A stretch of 64,000 bases of DNA from Lytechinus pictus (Eukaryota). Location of the stretch: contig NC_087252.1 of NCBI RefSeq assembly GCF_037042905.1, positions 4,528,001-4,592,000 of the forward strand. Direction: 5' to 3'. A model generated the notes under the pieces. The model ran no database searches, was not told the DNA's origin, and was given only the letters and a program-made list of their open reading frames with translations. Position 1 is the first letter of the stretch; each line of letters begins with the position of its first letter. Position numbers and translations under genes: made by a program. Shown here in pieces: positions 27,878 through 41,831 of the stretch.

Positions 27878-28465
27878 TTAAAGGGATGGTCCGGGCTGAA
27901 AATATTTATATCTTAATACATAGAGTAGAATTCACTGAGCAAAATGCCGAAAATTTTATCAAAATCGGATAACAAATAATAAAGTTATTGAACTTTAAAG
28001 TTTAGTAATATTTATGAAAAGAGTCGATATGAATATTCATTAGGTGGGCTGATGATGTCACATCCCCACTTTCCGTTTTCTTATGCTATTACATAAAATC
28101 ATAATTATTTCATTACTTCATACTTGTGTGAATAATATGTCTCCCATATAATGAAATAAGTTGCAGCAATAAATATCTAATGCACTATTCAGTAGTCAAT
28201 CCAATTTTTCTAGTTCTTGGAGGAAAAAAATTGAATAAACCTAATTTCGTTTAATAAAATACAAAAGAACAAGTGGAGATGTGACATCATCAGCCCACCT
28301 AATGAATATTCATGACGACTGTTTTCACAAAATATTGCTAAACTTTAAAATTCAATAACTTTGTTATTTGTTATCCGATTTTGATGACATTTTCGGCATT
28401 TTGCTCAGTGAATTCTGCTCTATTTATTAAGCTATAAATACATTCAGCCCGGACCATCCCTTTAA
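27878..28465. mobile_element. TTAA-flanked palindromic MITE
   Basis: ttaa-agggatggtccgggctgaa...ttcagcccggaccatccct-ttaa; about 190-bp TIRs. Confidence 0.88.
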
Positions 28466-28622
28466 ATACCTTATAAGACCACAAAACTAAATCTACACAA
28501 AACGAAAGGAGATATAGAACAGAAATTAGTCAAAGAAGGAAAGAAAGAAGATATACAGAATGAAAAAGACAGCAATGAAAAGGGAAGAAAAGAGATTGTG
28601 AAGTGAGGAGAAGGGTTTATAC

Positions 28623-29200
28623 ACGGGTCGTGTGGTCCAGTGGTTAGAGCATTGGACTCATAATCGCAAGGTTGTGAGTTCCAGGGGCGGAAATCTCTCC
28701 CGAAAGGTAGGGGGGACAAGGATCTGGAAAATTTGACAAGCAAAAAAAAAAAAAGGGTTATCACCCTAAATTTCAGGTCATTCCGACGAAAATAGATTTG
28801 ACAAGCAAAAAAAAAAGGTTTTCATCCCAAAAGTAAGGTAATTTCGTCCTAAAATACATGTTTTATTTCGATTTTGAATGATGAATTTCTTACCATCATA
28901 AAATACCAGAAATAGTAGGGGGGACATTTGATAGTGTGTCCCCCCTACTATTTTGAGTAGGGGGGACACGTCCCTCCTGGGATTTCCGCCCATGGTGAGT
29001 TCGAATCCCCACTCTGACATTGTCTCCACTTTGTTAAAAAGGCCCGAGAGTGATATCTGTCGTCTATAACGTCAGCCTATATGACTGATTAACCTAGACG
29101 TAAATGTTTCATAGGTAATAATTGGTATACCAGCTTGGCGTTTACCAGCAAAATGCTGTCCTGCCGAGTTCCTACGGGAGTTAACAGAAACAAGCGTAAG
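28623..29200 (+). mobile_element. tRNA-derived SINE interrupted by a hAT MITE (28682-28994)
   Basis: Head gggtcgtgtggtccagtggttagagc...gtgagttc|gaatcc is split by caggggcggaaatc...gatttccgcccatg with 8-bp TSD gtgagttc. Confidence 0.8.
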
Positions 29201-31078
29201 TAAGGAGAAAAGGTGTTGAGACAGCAAAGAAAGAGAGTGAGAGAGGGGATAGGAGGTGTACATGCAGCAGGATTTGACAATTCTTTCTAAATTGAGTTAA
29301 CGCATTTGGCAGAGTACCATTTTCAAAATCATGCACGATTGAACCTATAACTACAAGAGATAGATATCCTCTATCTTCAATAATTAATGTATTACTGTGA
29401 AACAAAACATTGCAATGAGCACGATAATTAGCATGAAAAACAATTTTCTGTGCGAGTATCTTATGACTTGTGTGTTATATGTGACTTGCCCCATGCGAAA
29501 ACTCCGTAATCAAGATAAGGTATATTTAGAGTAGAATATAGAATGAGATGGTACAAAAGATCGTTTACACTAGTATTTTTCGACATGATTTTAATACATT
29601 GTTGTAATGATAGTCCCAGGTCAACTTCTCATCAATATCTTATCCAAGGAACTTAGTGGATCTTCCCTTCATAATGTTAACATTGTCAAAAATTAATCTG
29701 TGAGAATTACTAAAAAAAACATGTAGTTAGTTTCCTGCAGATTCAAAGACAACTTGTTTGCATAGATCCGGCCACTGAACTACATTTTCTTGTACGTTGT
29801 TAACCGTGTCTTACAAAGTATTAGGATCTTTATGGGAAAAATAAATTAGAGTCATTATTTAAAAAAAAATGAAAGATGAAATATCAAATGAAAGACTAAG
29901 ATCATTTATATGCAGCATGAAGAGAAGGGGGTGAAGAAGAGATCCCTGTGAGACTCCACACGTACGATATGGTTCCATAACCTGAGTCGGTTCCATTTAA
30001 CCATACATATTGTTTTCTGGCAGTTAAGTAACTCCTGAACCAACTACATATAAAAGCTATGCCCTTAACTCCATGATACCCCAGCTTTCTTACTAGAATT
30101 TCATGATCAACCGTATCAAAAAGCTTTTGAGAAGTCCAAGAAAAGTGCCTATCGTGTGATGATGGTTATCAATAAAATACGGCATAGCATGGGTAGTGGT
30201 TTTCACAAAACCCAAACTGGTATCTTGAAAATATCTCGGTCTCTTTTTAAAAAAAAAGTTACTCTTGAAAATACAAGTTTTTCCAAAATTTTGAGAAAGA
30301 TGTTAGAAATAAGTCAATAATTACTGAGGATCAGTTTCTAAATATGGCTCCACTTCATATAGCTATTTTCATTTAATAGCACAATACCAGATGTGAAAGA
30401 TAGATTAAAGATGTGCACAGGAGGATTCACAATAACATGCACAATATTCTGAATTTATCAGCTCGTTTCTAATGCCATCAAGATTTTTTCAGTTTATTGT
30501 ATTGTGTTAAGTTATTATAAAATCAAACTCTCTTCCGACCATTATTGATTCAGTCACATGATTGTCACACGAGTGAACTTTGATTTTGTTTGTTTAAACG
30601 TATAGCACGCTGCAGATATCAGCCCAAATTGATAAATGACTATAATTATAAGACGCATGTTGGTTACAAACACATTAAAGGGGGAGATATCCCAACTATT
30701 GGGGTGAAAGTCTTAGAGGTGATCCTAAATATCCCCTCAGTCTTCGACCCCCTATGACCTCTCCAACAGCATGAACAAACTTACCCATATCCATTTTATC
30801 GACATATAGTATTAACACCCTTGCTATCTTTCTCCCCAACCTTGACTAACACAATGACCCTGTTATGCCCTAGCGCTGGCTATTCACCAGTCAAAGACTA
30901 TGTTCATGATGTTATATCTTAAGTTCATGAGTACACAGTAGAAAGGACGATCGAATGTCAAGAGTTCGCACGTTGACGTGCTATCAAATATGCATGTATA
31001 ATGCCAAGTTGAAGGTTATATTTCCCCGCATTATAATTTCATTCTGTAGGTCTATAGTGCAAGCGGGAATCGTGCATC

Positions 31079-34000
31079 ATGGGCGTCATGAAGCTGTTGG
31101 TTTGGCCGCTACTACTGATGATGGGTTTATGGAGTTTTCAGTCCTGTAATGGCGCGCGGTTTCTCGTCCCATCTGTAACGTTAATGCGAACACCTAGTCA
31201 TCACATGACGCTTACCACCATAACTCAAGCCCTGGTGCAGCGCGGCCATGAAGTGACATTTCTCATCATTGATAATCAGGGTGTTGGTGGTTTCCTGCCA
31301 GATTCCTACACGTCAAAGGTTATACTTCCGAATCCCATGACGGACAAAGATTTACAGGAGTTAACTGATATCAAGAACTCTATGACGGATTTGACTAACA
31401 TGACCAAGCTAGAAGCAGCGAGGGACCCACGACCATGGAAATTAAAAGAGTATGCTGAGTTTGGTTGTGGTGTTTTGTTTGAAAATACAGCTATTCTTGA
31501 GCAACTGCGGCTTGCAAACTTTGATGAACTTATAACGTTCCCCATCGGTGATGTCTGTGATACCCTTCTTGCAGCCTACCTGGACATACCATTTATTGTT
31601 GTAACAGGAACAAAAAGAGTTCCGGCCTTTCATGAAGGGATGCTAGGTATTCCTACCCCAGTTTCCTATGTGCCTTTCAGTATATTATTCACACCAAAGC
31701 TGGAACACCGAATGACTTTCTTTGAACGCATCCAGAATGCAGTAATGTTCTACGGTGCACATTCTGCAATGGAATACTTCACTGTCTATCGCCCTCTACG
31801 TCATCTGCAACAAACCTATGGTATTCGACCAGACCTGACTCCATGGCAGATCATCAGTAAAGCAGATCTTTGGTTGTGCCATAACACTTGGGCCCTCGAA
31901 TATCCAAGACCTATAGCTCCGAATTGGATCCCTATAGGAGGACTTACCATCAAGGAGCCAAGACCTCTCCCAGACGACCTAGAAAGATTTGTTCAAGGAT
32001 CTGGAGACCATGGATTCATTGTATTTACTTTGGTAAGTAGATATCATTGATTGCTTCTAAAACAGCTAGTGGTTAGCAGGAAATACCTAGCACTAATTTC
32101 ACTTAAAGGACAAGTCCACCCAACAAAAGGTTGATCTGAATAAGAAGACACAAAAGCTAACAAGCATAACACTGAAAATTCCATCGAAATATGATGTGAA
32201 ATAAGAAAGTTATGATATTTTGAAGCTTCGCTTAATTTCACAAAACAGTTATATGCACCCCGGTCGGTATGCAAATAAAGGAACTGATTACATCACTCAC
32301 TCACTATTTCTTTTGTATTTTATTATATGAAATATTAAACATTCTAATTTTCTCCTCATGGTCCTGTGAAACGTGGAATTATCAATGTTTAACATTTCTA
32401 TGGTTGTCAAGTTATTTTCAAATATGTGAAAATTGAAATATTGTATCATTCAAAGAATAAAAAACAAAAGAAATAGTAAGGGACATCATCGATTCTCTCA
32501 TTTGCATGGGACTAACTTTTGCATATAACTATAATGTGAAAAATAACCAAAACTTCAAAATGTCATAACTTTCTTATTTTGCATCCGATTTTCATGAAAT
32601 TTTCAGCATTATGCTCGTTTGATTTTTCTCAGGTAGACTTGGCCATTAATGAAACCAGGTAAAGCAAATGTTTGGGGGTTTTAATTTTCGTTCAGATTTT
32701 TTTTCGTTTTGTGAGGTATCTTTATTTGTAAGAAAGTGGTGTAATGAGCCAAAATTTTCGAGGGTCCCGATATGGCGCAAAATATTATTGCTTTAAAAAT
32801 CTGAGAGGGAGCTTAACGAACGAGCAGAAATTTTGACATTGATAATTTTAAAAAAAAAATCGTGATAGATTTTTCTCATTTTTTTGGGGGGTGGGGTGGT
32901 CCATATGCCTAAAGCCTCCTCCCTAATCAGAACGCCAGTGCTCTCAAACACAAAATTGATAATTTTATCTGCTTTTTTTATTCTGATCATCCGAATTAGG
33001 ATTACATATCGTACACCTCTTTTCTCGTATTAGTTGTTTGTTTCGTTTATTTTACAAAAAGGGATCTTCGGCTAAAGCTCTTACGAGTGGCGCCCTCAAC
33101 GATATAATTTCAAAAGTTTTCAGCGAATTGCCACAGAGGATACTGTGGAGATATTTGGGAGAAAAGCCCCGTTACCTAGGCAACAATACATTGATCTCGG
33201 AGTGGCTTCCACAGAATGACCTCTTAGGTAAGAATCGTTTATCTTGTGGGTTTTTTTTTCATTAATCTGAATGGGGTGCAAATCGCAAGAGGCGTAACTA
33301 CGGGGGGGGGGGCGTGCCCTCAATCGGCTGGCAAAAAAGAAAATCAGGGAAAGGGAGAAAAAGAGCAAGAAATGAAGTGAAACGTACTGTGGGAAAGAAG
33401 AATTTATTGTATATTACAGTATAATATGTTATATAATATTGTATATATTATGTTATATTACATAAGAAGTATTTGTTCTTAACTTTATGAAACATAATTT
33501 GCTTGTTCATCGAGATATATAATCCTGCTGTACTAAAACTTCCATGGACCTATCCACGGAGGATTATCTATTGTTACTGGGGGTGCTGTGACAATGCTCA
33601 GCACCCCCAGTAACAATAGAATAATCCTCCGTGGATAGGTCCATGAAAACTTCCCGTTTTCAAGTCAATATACACCAAATATATTTCCTCGCACTTCGAG
33701 TTATTGCTTAATGTAGGGACATAAGCTTCTTTTTAATGACCTACTTAAAGTGAAGGTCTGAATATAAAACATTTCCTGTGCATGCGTATGTTCGCATTTA
33801 GTGGATTGGTGAGATATGTCTGCTCTTCATGAATTCCTAAAATCAGTCCTTAAAATGTCCTTTTTTCTGATCTGAATATGAAAAATGTTCAGCTCTTGCT
33901 TCGCACTCGCAACATTTGGTTAGTGAAATAGGTATGATCTTAGTGAATTCCTATAAACAAGCATTAAAATGTCCTTTTTTCTGATCTGAATATGAAAAAT

Positions 34001-36123
34001 GTTCAGCTCTTGCTTCGCACTCGCAACATTTGGTTAGTGAAATAGATATAATCTTAGTGAATTCCTATAAACAAGCCTTAAAATGTCCCTCTTCAGGTCT
34101 GAATTTCTTAAATTTTCAGCTCGCGCTTCACGCTCGCAATATTTGTTTAGTGAGATGCGTATTTTAATCATGATTACAATGACTACAAAAAGTGTTGCAT
34201 GTGTTTAGATGTAATTCTTACAAGATCAGAAAGCGCTTGGCACTTGCATTAGATGACCATGGTGAGATATGTAAACTCCTAATTGATTAATTCCTTCAAA
34301 AGTCCTTAAAATGTCCCTGTTTGGGGTCAATGTATACACTAATTTCAGCACGCGCTTTGTGCTCGCATTGTTTGTTTAGCGAGACAGGTACATATCATGA
34401 TTACAAAAATTTGCTTGTAATGTATCTAGGTTTTCACTATCAAAATTTTCAGCTCTCGCTTCGCGCTCGCATTATTTGATAAGTAAGATACACATCCGTT
34501 TAATGGCACAGTCCTTAAAATGTCTCTATTAGGTCAGTATACCTGGCAATTGAGCACGTGCCCAGTAAGTGACCAAAAATTTTTGTTGGTGCCCCCATGC
34601 CGTGACCCACGGTACGCCACTGCAAATTCCCTCTCTAGTATTTGACCATTTGATCCTATAGGTACTTATATTTTCGTCGACTTTCAGGATCGTGGGTCAT
34701 ACAGACGAAATATCACCAGGACTGGTCAGTGATAGAAATTATGTTGCTTTACGCCAGTCATAATCTTTGTGCAAAGAAATTATCCCCAAGACTTACCTAA
34801 AGAATTTCGTTTTGTTGTAAATACTGTTGACTTATCATCATTATTATTATTATTATCATTATCATCATTATTATTTCATTATATTTTTATTTATTCCAAT
34901 CCCCAGCTCATCCTAAAGCTCGGCTACTGATCTACCATGCGGGTAGTGCAGGGGTCTATGAAGCAATGAACTACGGTGTTCCGATGCTCCTCATGCCACT
35001 GGGCGGTGATCAGTCTACCAATGCTTATCAGGTAGCAGCGAAAGGGATGGGCCTCGTGTTGGACGTGAATGAATTAAATGAACAGGAGTTTCGGACGAGT
35101 ATTAACAAGCTTCTTAATGATGAAAGGTATCTGTTTCACAGTGGATGTTTTATTTTGTTTTGACTTGGATTCATGTGTGAGGTTTCTGTGTGTGTGTTTG
35201 AAAACGTGAATTGTATGTTCAATAAATGGCACAATAATACATCCTGTTAAGCCTGCCCAAGTCCTCGATAAAATGTCGATAATACATGATAGTTGAAGTA
35301 ATATAGTATTATCATTAATTCAATTCAATTCAAAATTTATTTCAATCACTCAATCATTAGTAGTAGTATAGTTGTAGAAGTAGTAGATGTAGCAGTAGTA
35401 GTATAGTAGTCATAGGCGGATCCAGCTTTTGGCGAAAGGGGGGGCGCACTACCGAGCGGCGCACATATTTTTGCACTTCACCGGCGCCATAAAAGAAAAT
35501 GTTGGAAAAGGGGTAAAGTCTGACCCTGTCAAATGCTCTATTCAAAATGTAAGATTTCCAGTCATGCCATTTTGCATGACCACACGCAGATAATATTTCC
35601 GGGGGGGTGCAAGACTCGAAAATTTGGTGCACATCTCACATTTGCACATTTTTCATAGTTTTCATGAAATGTTAAGGGAAAAAAATGTTTTTCACAACAG
35701 CAGATCGCAAATGTGCCCCCCCCCCCCCTTCCCCCTTGCTGCATACGACCATTCCCTGAAGTCCACTTCATATCTCATTATAACAGAAAATATACATGAA
35801 TTTAAACATATAATCTTTCTAAAACATATATAGAGAGAGATTGAAAAACTTATTAAAGAAAGAAACAGGCAAAAAGTAACACAAAATTATGCATGTTATG
35901 TGCGATTTCAAAATCTCGTGTATTAACCCTTTTATTGCGATGAGGCCAATACTTTTGTATATCAATAGAGATACAAGGTTTTTTTTGCTATATGTATATT
36001 TATACACAGGGGCGTCGATCCTTTTTTCAAGATTTGGGGGGGCAAAATCATGAATCAACTTTCCAAAGGCGCTCGATATCACACAAAACAAACAAACTCA
36101 CACAAACACACACACACATATGC

Positions 36124-36155
<32 letters not shown>

Positions 36156-38578
36156 GACTCATGAGATAGAAACACATATCTCACCAAGAAATTAATGCGA
36201 GCGCGAAGCGCGAGCTGAAATTTTTTAGTATACTGACCTGAAAACAGGAAAAAGGTGCCTGTTTAGGACTGTTTGTAGTAACTCATGAGGAGGATACATA
36301 TCTCACTACACAGATAATGCGAGTGCCGAGGGCGAGCTGAAATTTCTTTATATTCTGACCAGAAAGCTTGATATCCTATGCATTTTTGGTACCAATGATT
36401 AAGATGGGTATCTAAAAAAAACAATAGATGCGAGCGCGAAGCGCGAGCTTAAAATTTTGATATTTCGATCTGAAAAAATGACAGTTTAATGGACGTTTGT
36501 AATAAAGAACAAGATTATATCCAGCAAAAGATTATTGCAAATCGAAGCGGGAGTTCTTTTGACGTTTAGTCCTGAAAAAGGGACATTCTATTCACCTATT
36601 TAATCATGAAAAGCATGAGGTTTTGCTACAGAAATGATGCGAGCGCAAAGCGCGATCTGAAAATTTTTATATTCCAATCTGAGAAGCGGATAATTTAAGC
36701 ACGATTTTAAATAAAGAACGAGTTGTGTAGCTTAAACTCAATATACGACTGGTTGCGTAATTATACACTCCCGGTACTAGCAACGGGTTTTAGCAAAGTT
36801 TTGGGCTAAAATATCGAATCATCTTCATAAAACACTATATAGAAGCTGTCTTAAACTATAGGCCATAGAGGTGGCACAGTGTGGAATGTGTAAAGTAGAA
36901 AAGTGACTGACCTTCTTTTTATTAAAGCATTGGAAATAAGATCAAAATTAAAGGATTTGCTCTACGCTTTTGTATGATTCTGGGATTTTTTTAATTAATT
37001 AAAGATTTCATGACATCTGTCATTCTGTGGGCAACTGCCCCGCCCCAGTCCACTCTGTAAGGGCATGCGATAAGCTTTGTTATGACCATTCAACAATAAA
37101 TGTATAACCAGCTAGGTGCCGCTGATCATTCTTGACCGGCGCCGATCTAGATTTGGTTGGCAATAGGCCCTTCTTCATTATTCTACCGGCGCCTATTTAT
37201 TGGAACCAGGGGACGCTGATTATTCTTGACCGGCGCCGATTTAGAACAAGTAGTGCTGATTATTTTTACCGACGTCACGTAAGATTCAGGCAGCGGCAAT
37301 TCATAATCGACTGGCGCCGATTTAGAACCAGGAGGCGCCGATTATTCTTGACTGGCGCCGATTTTTAACCAGGTGGTGCTGATTATTCTTGTCCGGCGCC
37401 GATTTAGATTTAGGTGGAGCTGATTATTCTTGATCGGCGCCGGTTAAGACTCAGGCAGCGCCGATTTATAACCAGATGGCGCTGATTATTCTTGACCAGC
37501 CCCGATTTAGATATAGGTGGCGCTGATTATCCTTGATCGGCGCCGGTTACGAACTCAGGCAGCGCCGATTTTTCTAAACCGGCGCCGATTTATAACCAGA
37601 TGGCGCCGTTTATTCTTGCCCGGCGCCGATTTAGGTGGAGCTGATTATTCTTGATCAGCGCCGGTTAAGACTCTGGCAGCGCCGATTTATAACCAGATGG
37701 CGCTGATTATTCTTGACCGCGGCCCCGATTTAGATTTAGGTGGCGCTGATTATCCTTGATCGGCGCCGGTTAAGAACTCAGGCAGCGTCGATTTTTCTGT
37801 ACCGGCGCCGATTTATAACCAGATGGCGCCGATTATTTTTTTCTGGTGCCGATTTAGATTTAGGTGGCGCAGATTATCCTTGATCGGCGCCGGTTAAGAC
37901 TCTGGCAGTGCCGATTTTTCTCGACTGGCGCCGATTTATAGCCAATTGGCGCTGATTATTCTTGTCCGGCGCCGATTTAGATTAAGGTGGCGCTGATTAT
38001 TCTTGATTGGCGCCAGTTATATGCAGGCAGCGCACTGCTGATTATTTTTAACCGGCGAAGTTGTTGGAAAAAGGTTAGTTAAAAGAAAAGATAAGGAAGA
38101 TGATATGATTGTGCTTTGCTGGGGGACAGTCTTTCTTTACTGTTGCTAATATTATATCAGTGTATAATTTGTGCGGCGCCTTTTCTTTTCTTTTCTTTCC
38201 TTTCCTTTATTTTTATTTTTTCAAGCAGCGCCTTTTCTTTCTATTACTTTTCTTTTACTTTTATTTTATTTTTTTTGAGCGGCGCCTTCGGCGCCGCTCA
38301 AATATTAGGGGGGGGGCGCGCCCCCTGCGCCACCCCCCTGGATCCGCCACTGGTAGTAGTAGTTGTTGTTGTAGTATATACAGTGGTAGTAGTAGTAGTG
38401 GTGGTGGTAATAGTGGTAGTAGAAGTAGTAATAGTAGTAGTAGTATTAATGAAGTATTAGTAGTAGTAGTAGTAGTAGTAGTTGTTGTAGTATATATAGT
38501 GGTAGTAGTAGTGGTGGTGGTAGTAGTGTAAGTAGTAGTAGAAGTAGTAATAGTTGTAGTGAAGTAGTAGTAGTAGTA

Positions 38579-38615
<37 letters not shown>

Positions 38616-38617
38616 AT

Positions 38618-38650
<33 letters not shown>

Positions 38651-38739
38651 ATAGTAGTAGTAGTAGTAGTAGTAGTAGTAGATGTAGTAGTAGTAGTAGT
38701 AGTAGAAGTAGTAGTAGTAATAGTAGTAGAAGTAGTAGC

Positions 38740-38771
<32 letters not shown>

Positions 38772-40120
38772 AAGAAGAAGTAGTAGTAGTAGTAGTAGTA
38801 TAGTAGTAGTAGATGTAGTAGTAGAATAGAATAGAATAATAGAATAGAAATGGTTTTTTTGAACAAAAAAATCATTCGCGGCCCAAAGGCCGAATTACAG
38901 ATTTTCAGACATAAAAGCAAATACACAAATATACATAAAAATTACAACATAATGAAAAACGGGAATTAGAAACACAATTTAAAATACGTGAAAAAAAATA
39001 ATCACATGCCTGAGGTAGATAATACATACATACGTTATTGTCAAATCAATCATCATTGTAATACAATCATTCTATAACCATTAAATATTTGATTCATTGT
39101 CATAATTAATCTAAGATTTTGTTATTATTTTATCATTACTATTAATATAATATTACTATCTTTTTATTATTCACATTATCATCATTTAAAAAATTAAGTA
39201 TTGCACATAGACAAACATTGACGCTTTGTATTACACTCATCAAAAAATAATAGGAGATGTTCGTTCATAATTTACCACTGGTTTACATATTGTTACAATG
39301 TGAGTACTTATAGGTCATAGTAACTGGAAAAGTAAGGCTATAATTGTGTAGGACGGCTAACAAATGTATTTAAATTCCGGAAGGCTTGGCAATTAAAAAA
39401 AACTTTGTGAGAACTCATACATTAACTGATATATAAGAACGATTAGCAAACGTGCGTTAATGCAGTTGTTATGAACATGAAAAAGATTAAACGACAGAGA
39501 GAGAAAAAATCTAAGCTACTAGATGTAGTAGTAGCAGTATAGCAGGCATACTTCATAGTAGGCCTAGTAGTTGTAGTACCCAAGGGAGGCATTGCCCCAC
39601 ACGATCACACCCAAACACACCTTCGCACACACACTCGCCCACCCACACACACTTTCTAGTCAAATAAATTGATGAAGGGGCGAGGAAATTAAACAGGGGA
39701 AAGGGAAAATTGGGAAAAAATTGAGTAAATTTGTTCAAATGATACGATCTTCTCCAATGAGTTAAAGGGTATAACGAATTTATTAACCATGGTAACAGTA
39801 TATATTGTGTGAATTCTTAGATTAACTTTCTTTTAATTTTCAGCTACAGGATAAGTGCGCAGCGGGCTTCGTTTATCATGAGAGACCAACTAGCCAGCCC
39901 TCTGGACACGGCTGTATTCTGGATAGAACACGTGATCAAGTTTGGTGGAGATCATCTTCGACTTCGCGCTACTGAAATGGGATTCATCGAACTCAACTCC
40001 CTTGACGTAGTCGCATTTCTAGTCGTTTTATCGCTTATCCTTCTTTACATTGACTACTTAGTGCTTAGAGGATGTTACAGATGTATATGTAGAAATATGA
40101 AGAAACAAAAGACTGATTAG
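31079..40120 (+). CDS. ER membrane UDP-glucuronosyl/glycosyltransferase (GT1 family), 4 coding exons, 538 aa
   Basis: Exons 31079-32032, 33062-33227, 34907-35126, 39844-40120 (1617 nt, in frame). Signal peptide; N-terminal SH plus LVQRGHEVTF; EYPRP; UGT signature [58 protein letters not shown]; C-terminal TM helix; dilysine tail KKQKTD. An acceptor at about 31049 implies an upstream non-coding exon. Confidence 0.95.
32103..32649. mobile_element. TTAA-flanked MITE, second family
   Basis: ttaaaggacaagtccacc start; aligns with 40370-40980. Confidence 0.75.
33286..34622. mobile_element. hAT-type element with internal ~120-bp tandem repeats (copy 1)
   Basis: Aligns along its length with 42197-43388; repeated ttcagctcgcgcttcgcgctcgc motif. 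Confidence 0.8.
33543..33645. mobile_element. 103-bp palindromic hAT-type mini-MITE
   Basis: Near-perfect hairpin; 8-bp TSD aaaacttc; absent at the homologous site near 42505. Confidence 0.88.
35411..38352. mobile_element. 2.9-kb hAT-type non-autonomous element with nested repeat and satellite
   Basis: TIR cataggcggatccag / ctggatccgccactg, inserted in (TAG)n with flanks atagtagt / gtagtagt. Confidence 0.65.
37115..38060. repeat. GC-rich minisatellite array built on ggcgc(c/t)gatt units
   Basis: Dozens of ggcgccgatt / ggcgctgattattcttga motifs with higher-order repetition. Confidence 0.85.
38353..38830. repeat. (TAG)n microsatellite
   Basis: Directly visible; it explains the poly-Y/V/T ORFs. 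Confidence 0.95.
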
Positions 40121-40369
40121 GCAGATTAGTCGACTTCGTCTCTTCTCTTTTAATTGTCCAGAATGTAACAGAAATCATTTTATTTTAGAGGTTATTCGTC
40201 CTGTCTGGACTAATGCTAATTTCATAATATTAATACATTTCATTCGATTTTTTAATAGAAAAAATGTAATTAAACCTAATGGGGATCGAGATTTCTCTAT
40301 GACAGTCTGATTGGCATTCTACAAAATCGCGGGTGAAGGTGCATGCGAATGTGGTAAGAACATTGACAC

Positions 40370-40980
40370 TTCAAGGACAAGTCCACCCCAACAAAAAAGT
40401 TTGTTTGAATAAAAGAGAAAAATCCAACAAGCATAACACTGAAAATTTCATCACAATCGGATGTAAAATAAGAAAGTTATGACTTTTTAAAGTTTCGCTT
40501 AGTTTCACAAAACAGTTATATGCACACCCTGGTCGGTATGCAAATGAGGAGACTGATGACGTCATCCACTCACTATTTCTTTTGTATTTTATTATATGAA
40601 ATATGAAATATTCTAATTTTCTACCCATTGTCAAGTGAAACAAGAATTAATTCCTCCCTGAACATGTGGAATTAGCATTGTTTAGTAGTATATTGTTCAG
40701 TCAAATTGGTCCTCATTGTCAAATCTGTAAAAAATGAAATATTGTATGATTCAAACAATAAAAAACAAAAGAAATAGTGAGTGATGGACATCATCGACTG
40801 ACTCATTTGCATGTCACTGAGTTTTGCATATCACTGTTTTGTGAAAAATAAGTGAAACTTTAAAATGCCATAACATCCTTATTTTACATCCGATTTTGAT
40901 GAAATGTTCAGCGTTATGCTAGTTTGATTTTTCTCCATTTATCCAAATCAACATTTTTCTGGGGTGGACTTGACCTTTAA
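40370..40980. mobile_element. TTAA-flanked MITE, second family, in the UGT 3' region
   Basis: aggacaagtccacccc...ggggtggacttgacct-ttaa with long TIRs. Confidence 0.85.
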
Positions 40981-41718
40981 AGGGGTATGATTTGAATAGA
41001 AAGAGGGGAAATATCAGACAAACACTGAAAATTTCATCAAAATCGGACAAGGAATAACAATGTGACATTCATATCCCTTCTTATGCTTTACATTATTTCG
41101 GTGAAACAGCATGTTCTCATGAATATGTAATGAACAAGCTGACGATGCTGTATTCCCGTTTATAATTTTGTATTTTTATAATAAGAAGTAATGTTTATTT
41201 CAATCTTGTCAACCGAAAATGGATAAATTGATTGGCAACTGGTTTAATGCATGGATATTCACTTCTGCAACTTTTTTGTTAAACTGCTTGAATTTCAATA
41301 ATTTTATGAAATAAAGACGTTTTGTTGAACATGTTTACGATCACCCCGCATGCATAATAAAGTTGTTATTCGTGTGATATCCATGGTAGGGAATCTGTGA
41401 AAACACATTTGTTTTATGAAATTATATTAATACAAGCATTATTCTATGAGACGGAACATCGTTATTTTTACAATTTTCTGTGATTGAGGTATCAAATTAA
41501 AGAGCAGAAATTGAAATTTTTTTACTTTTTGTAATTAATTTTCCTATTGTATTTGTAATCAAGTTATGATAAATCATTGATAATTTTGGTTGGGTTTTTT
41601 TTGTGGGACACATCGACAAACTATTGTAATTTGGCAATCGGGGTCTCAGATATCATTATTCATTATTCATCAAAGTTGGGACTCGTTAGGGTGTGTGTGT
41701 TTGTGTGTGTGTGTGATC

Positions 41719-41831
41719 CAGTGGCGGACCATGACCCGGATTAGACAATGATTGGAGGGGCACTGTATTGTTTGTGAACAATGCTGCGCCCCTCCAATGC
41801 TTTGTCTCCTCCGGGTCACGGTCCGCCACTG
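41719..41831. mobile_element. 113-bp palindromic hAT-type mini-MITE
   Basis: cagtggcggacc...ggtccgccactg; 8-bp TSD gtgtgatc. Confidence 0.88.

Noticed and set aside
37115..38060. Regularly spaced repeats resembling a CRISPR array
   Set aside because: The spacers are themselves repeated, there are no cas genes, and the context is a eukaryotic intron; it is a minisatellite.
38109..38926. Long ORFs of poly-Tyr/Val/Thr
   Set aside because: Translation of a (TAG)n microsatellite in a UGT intron.
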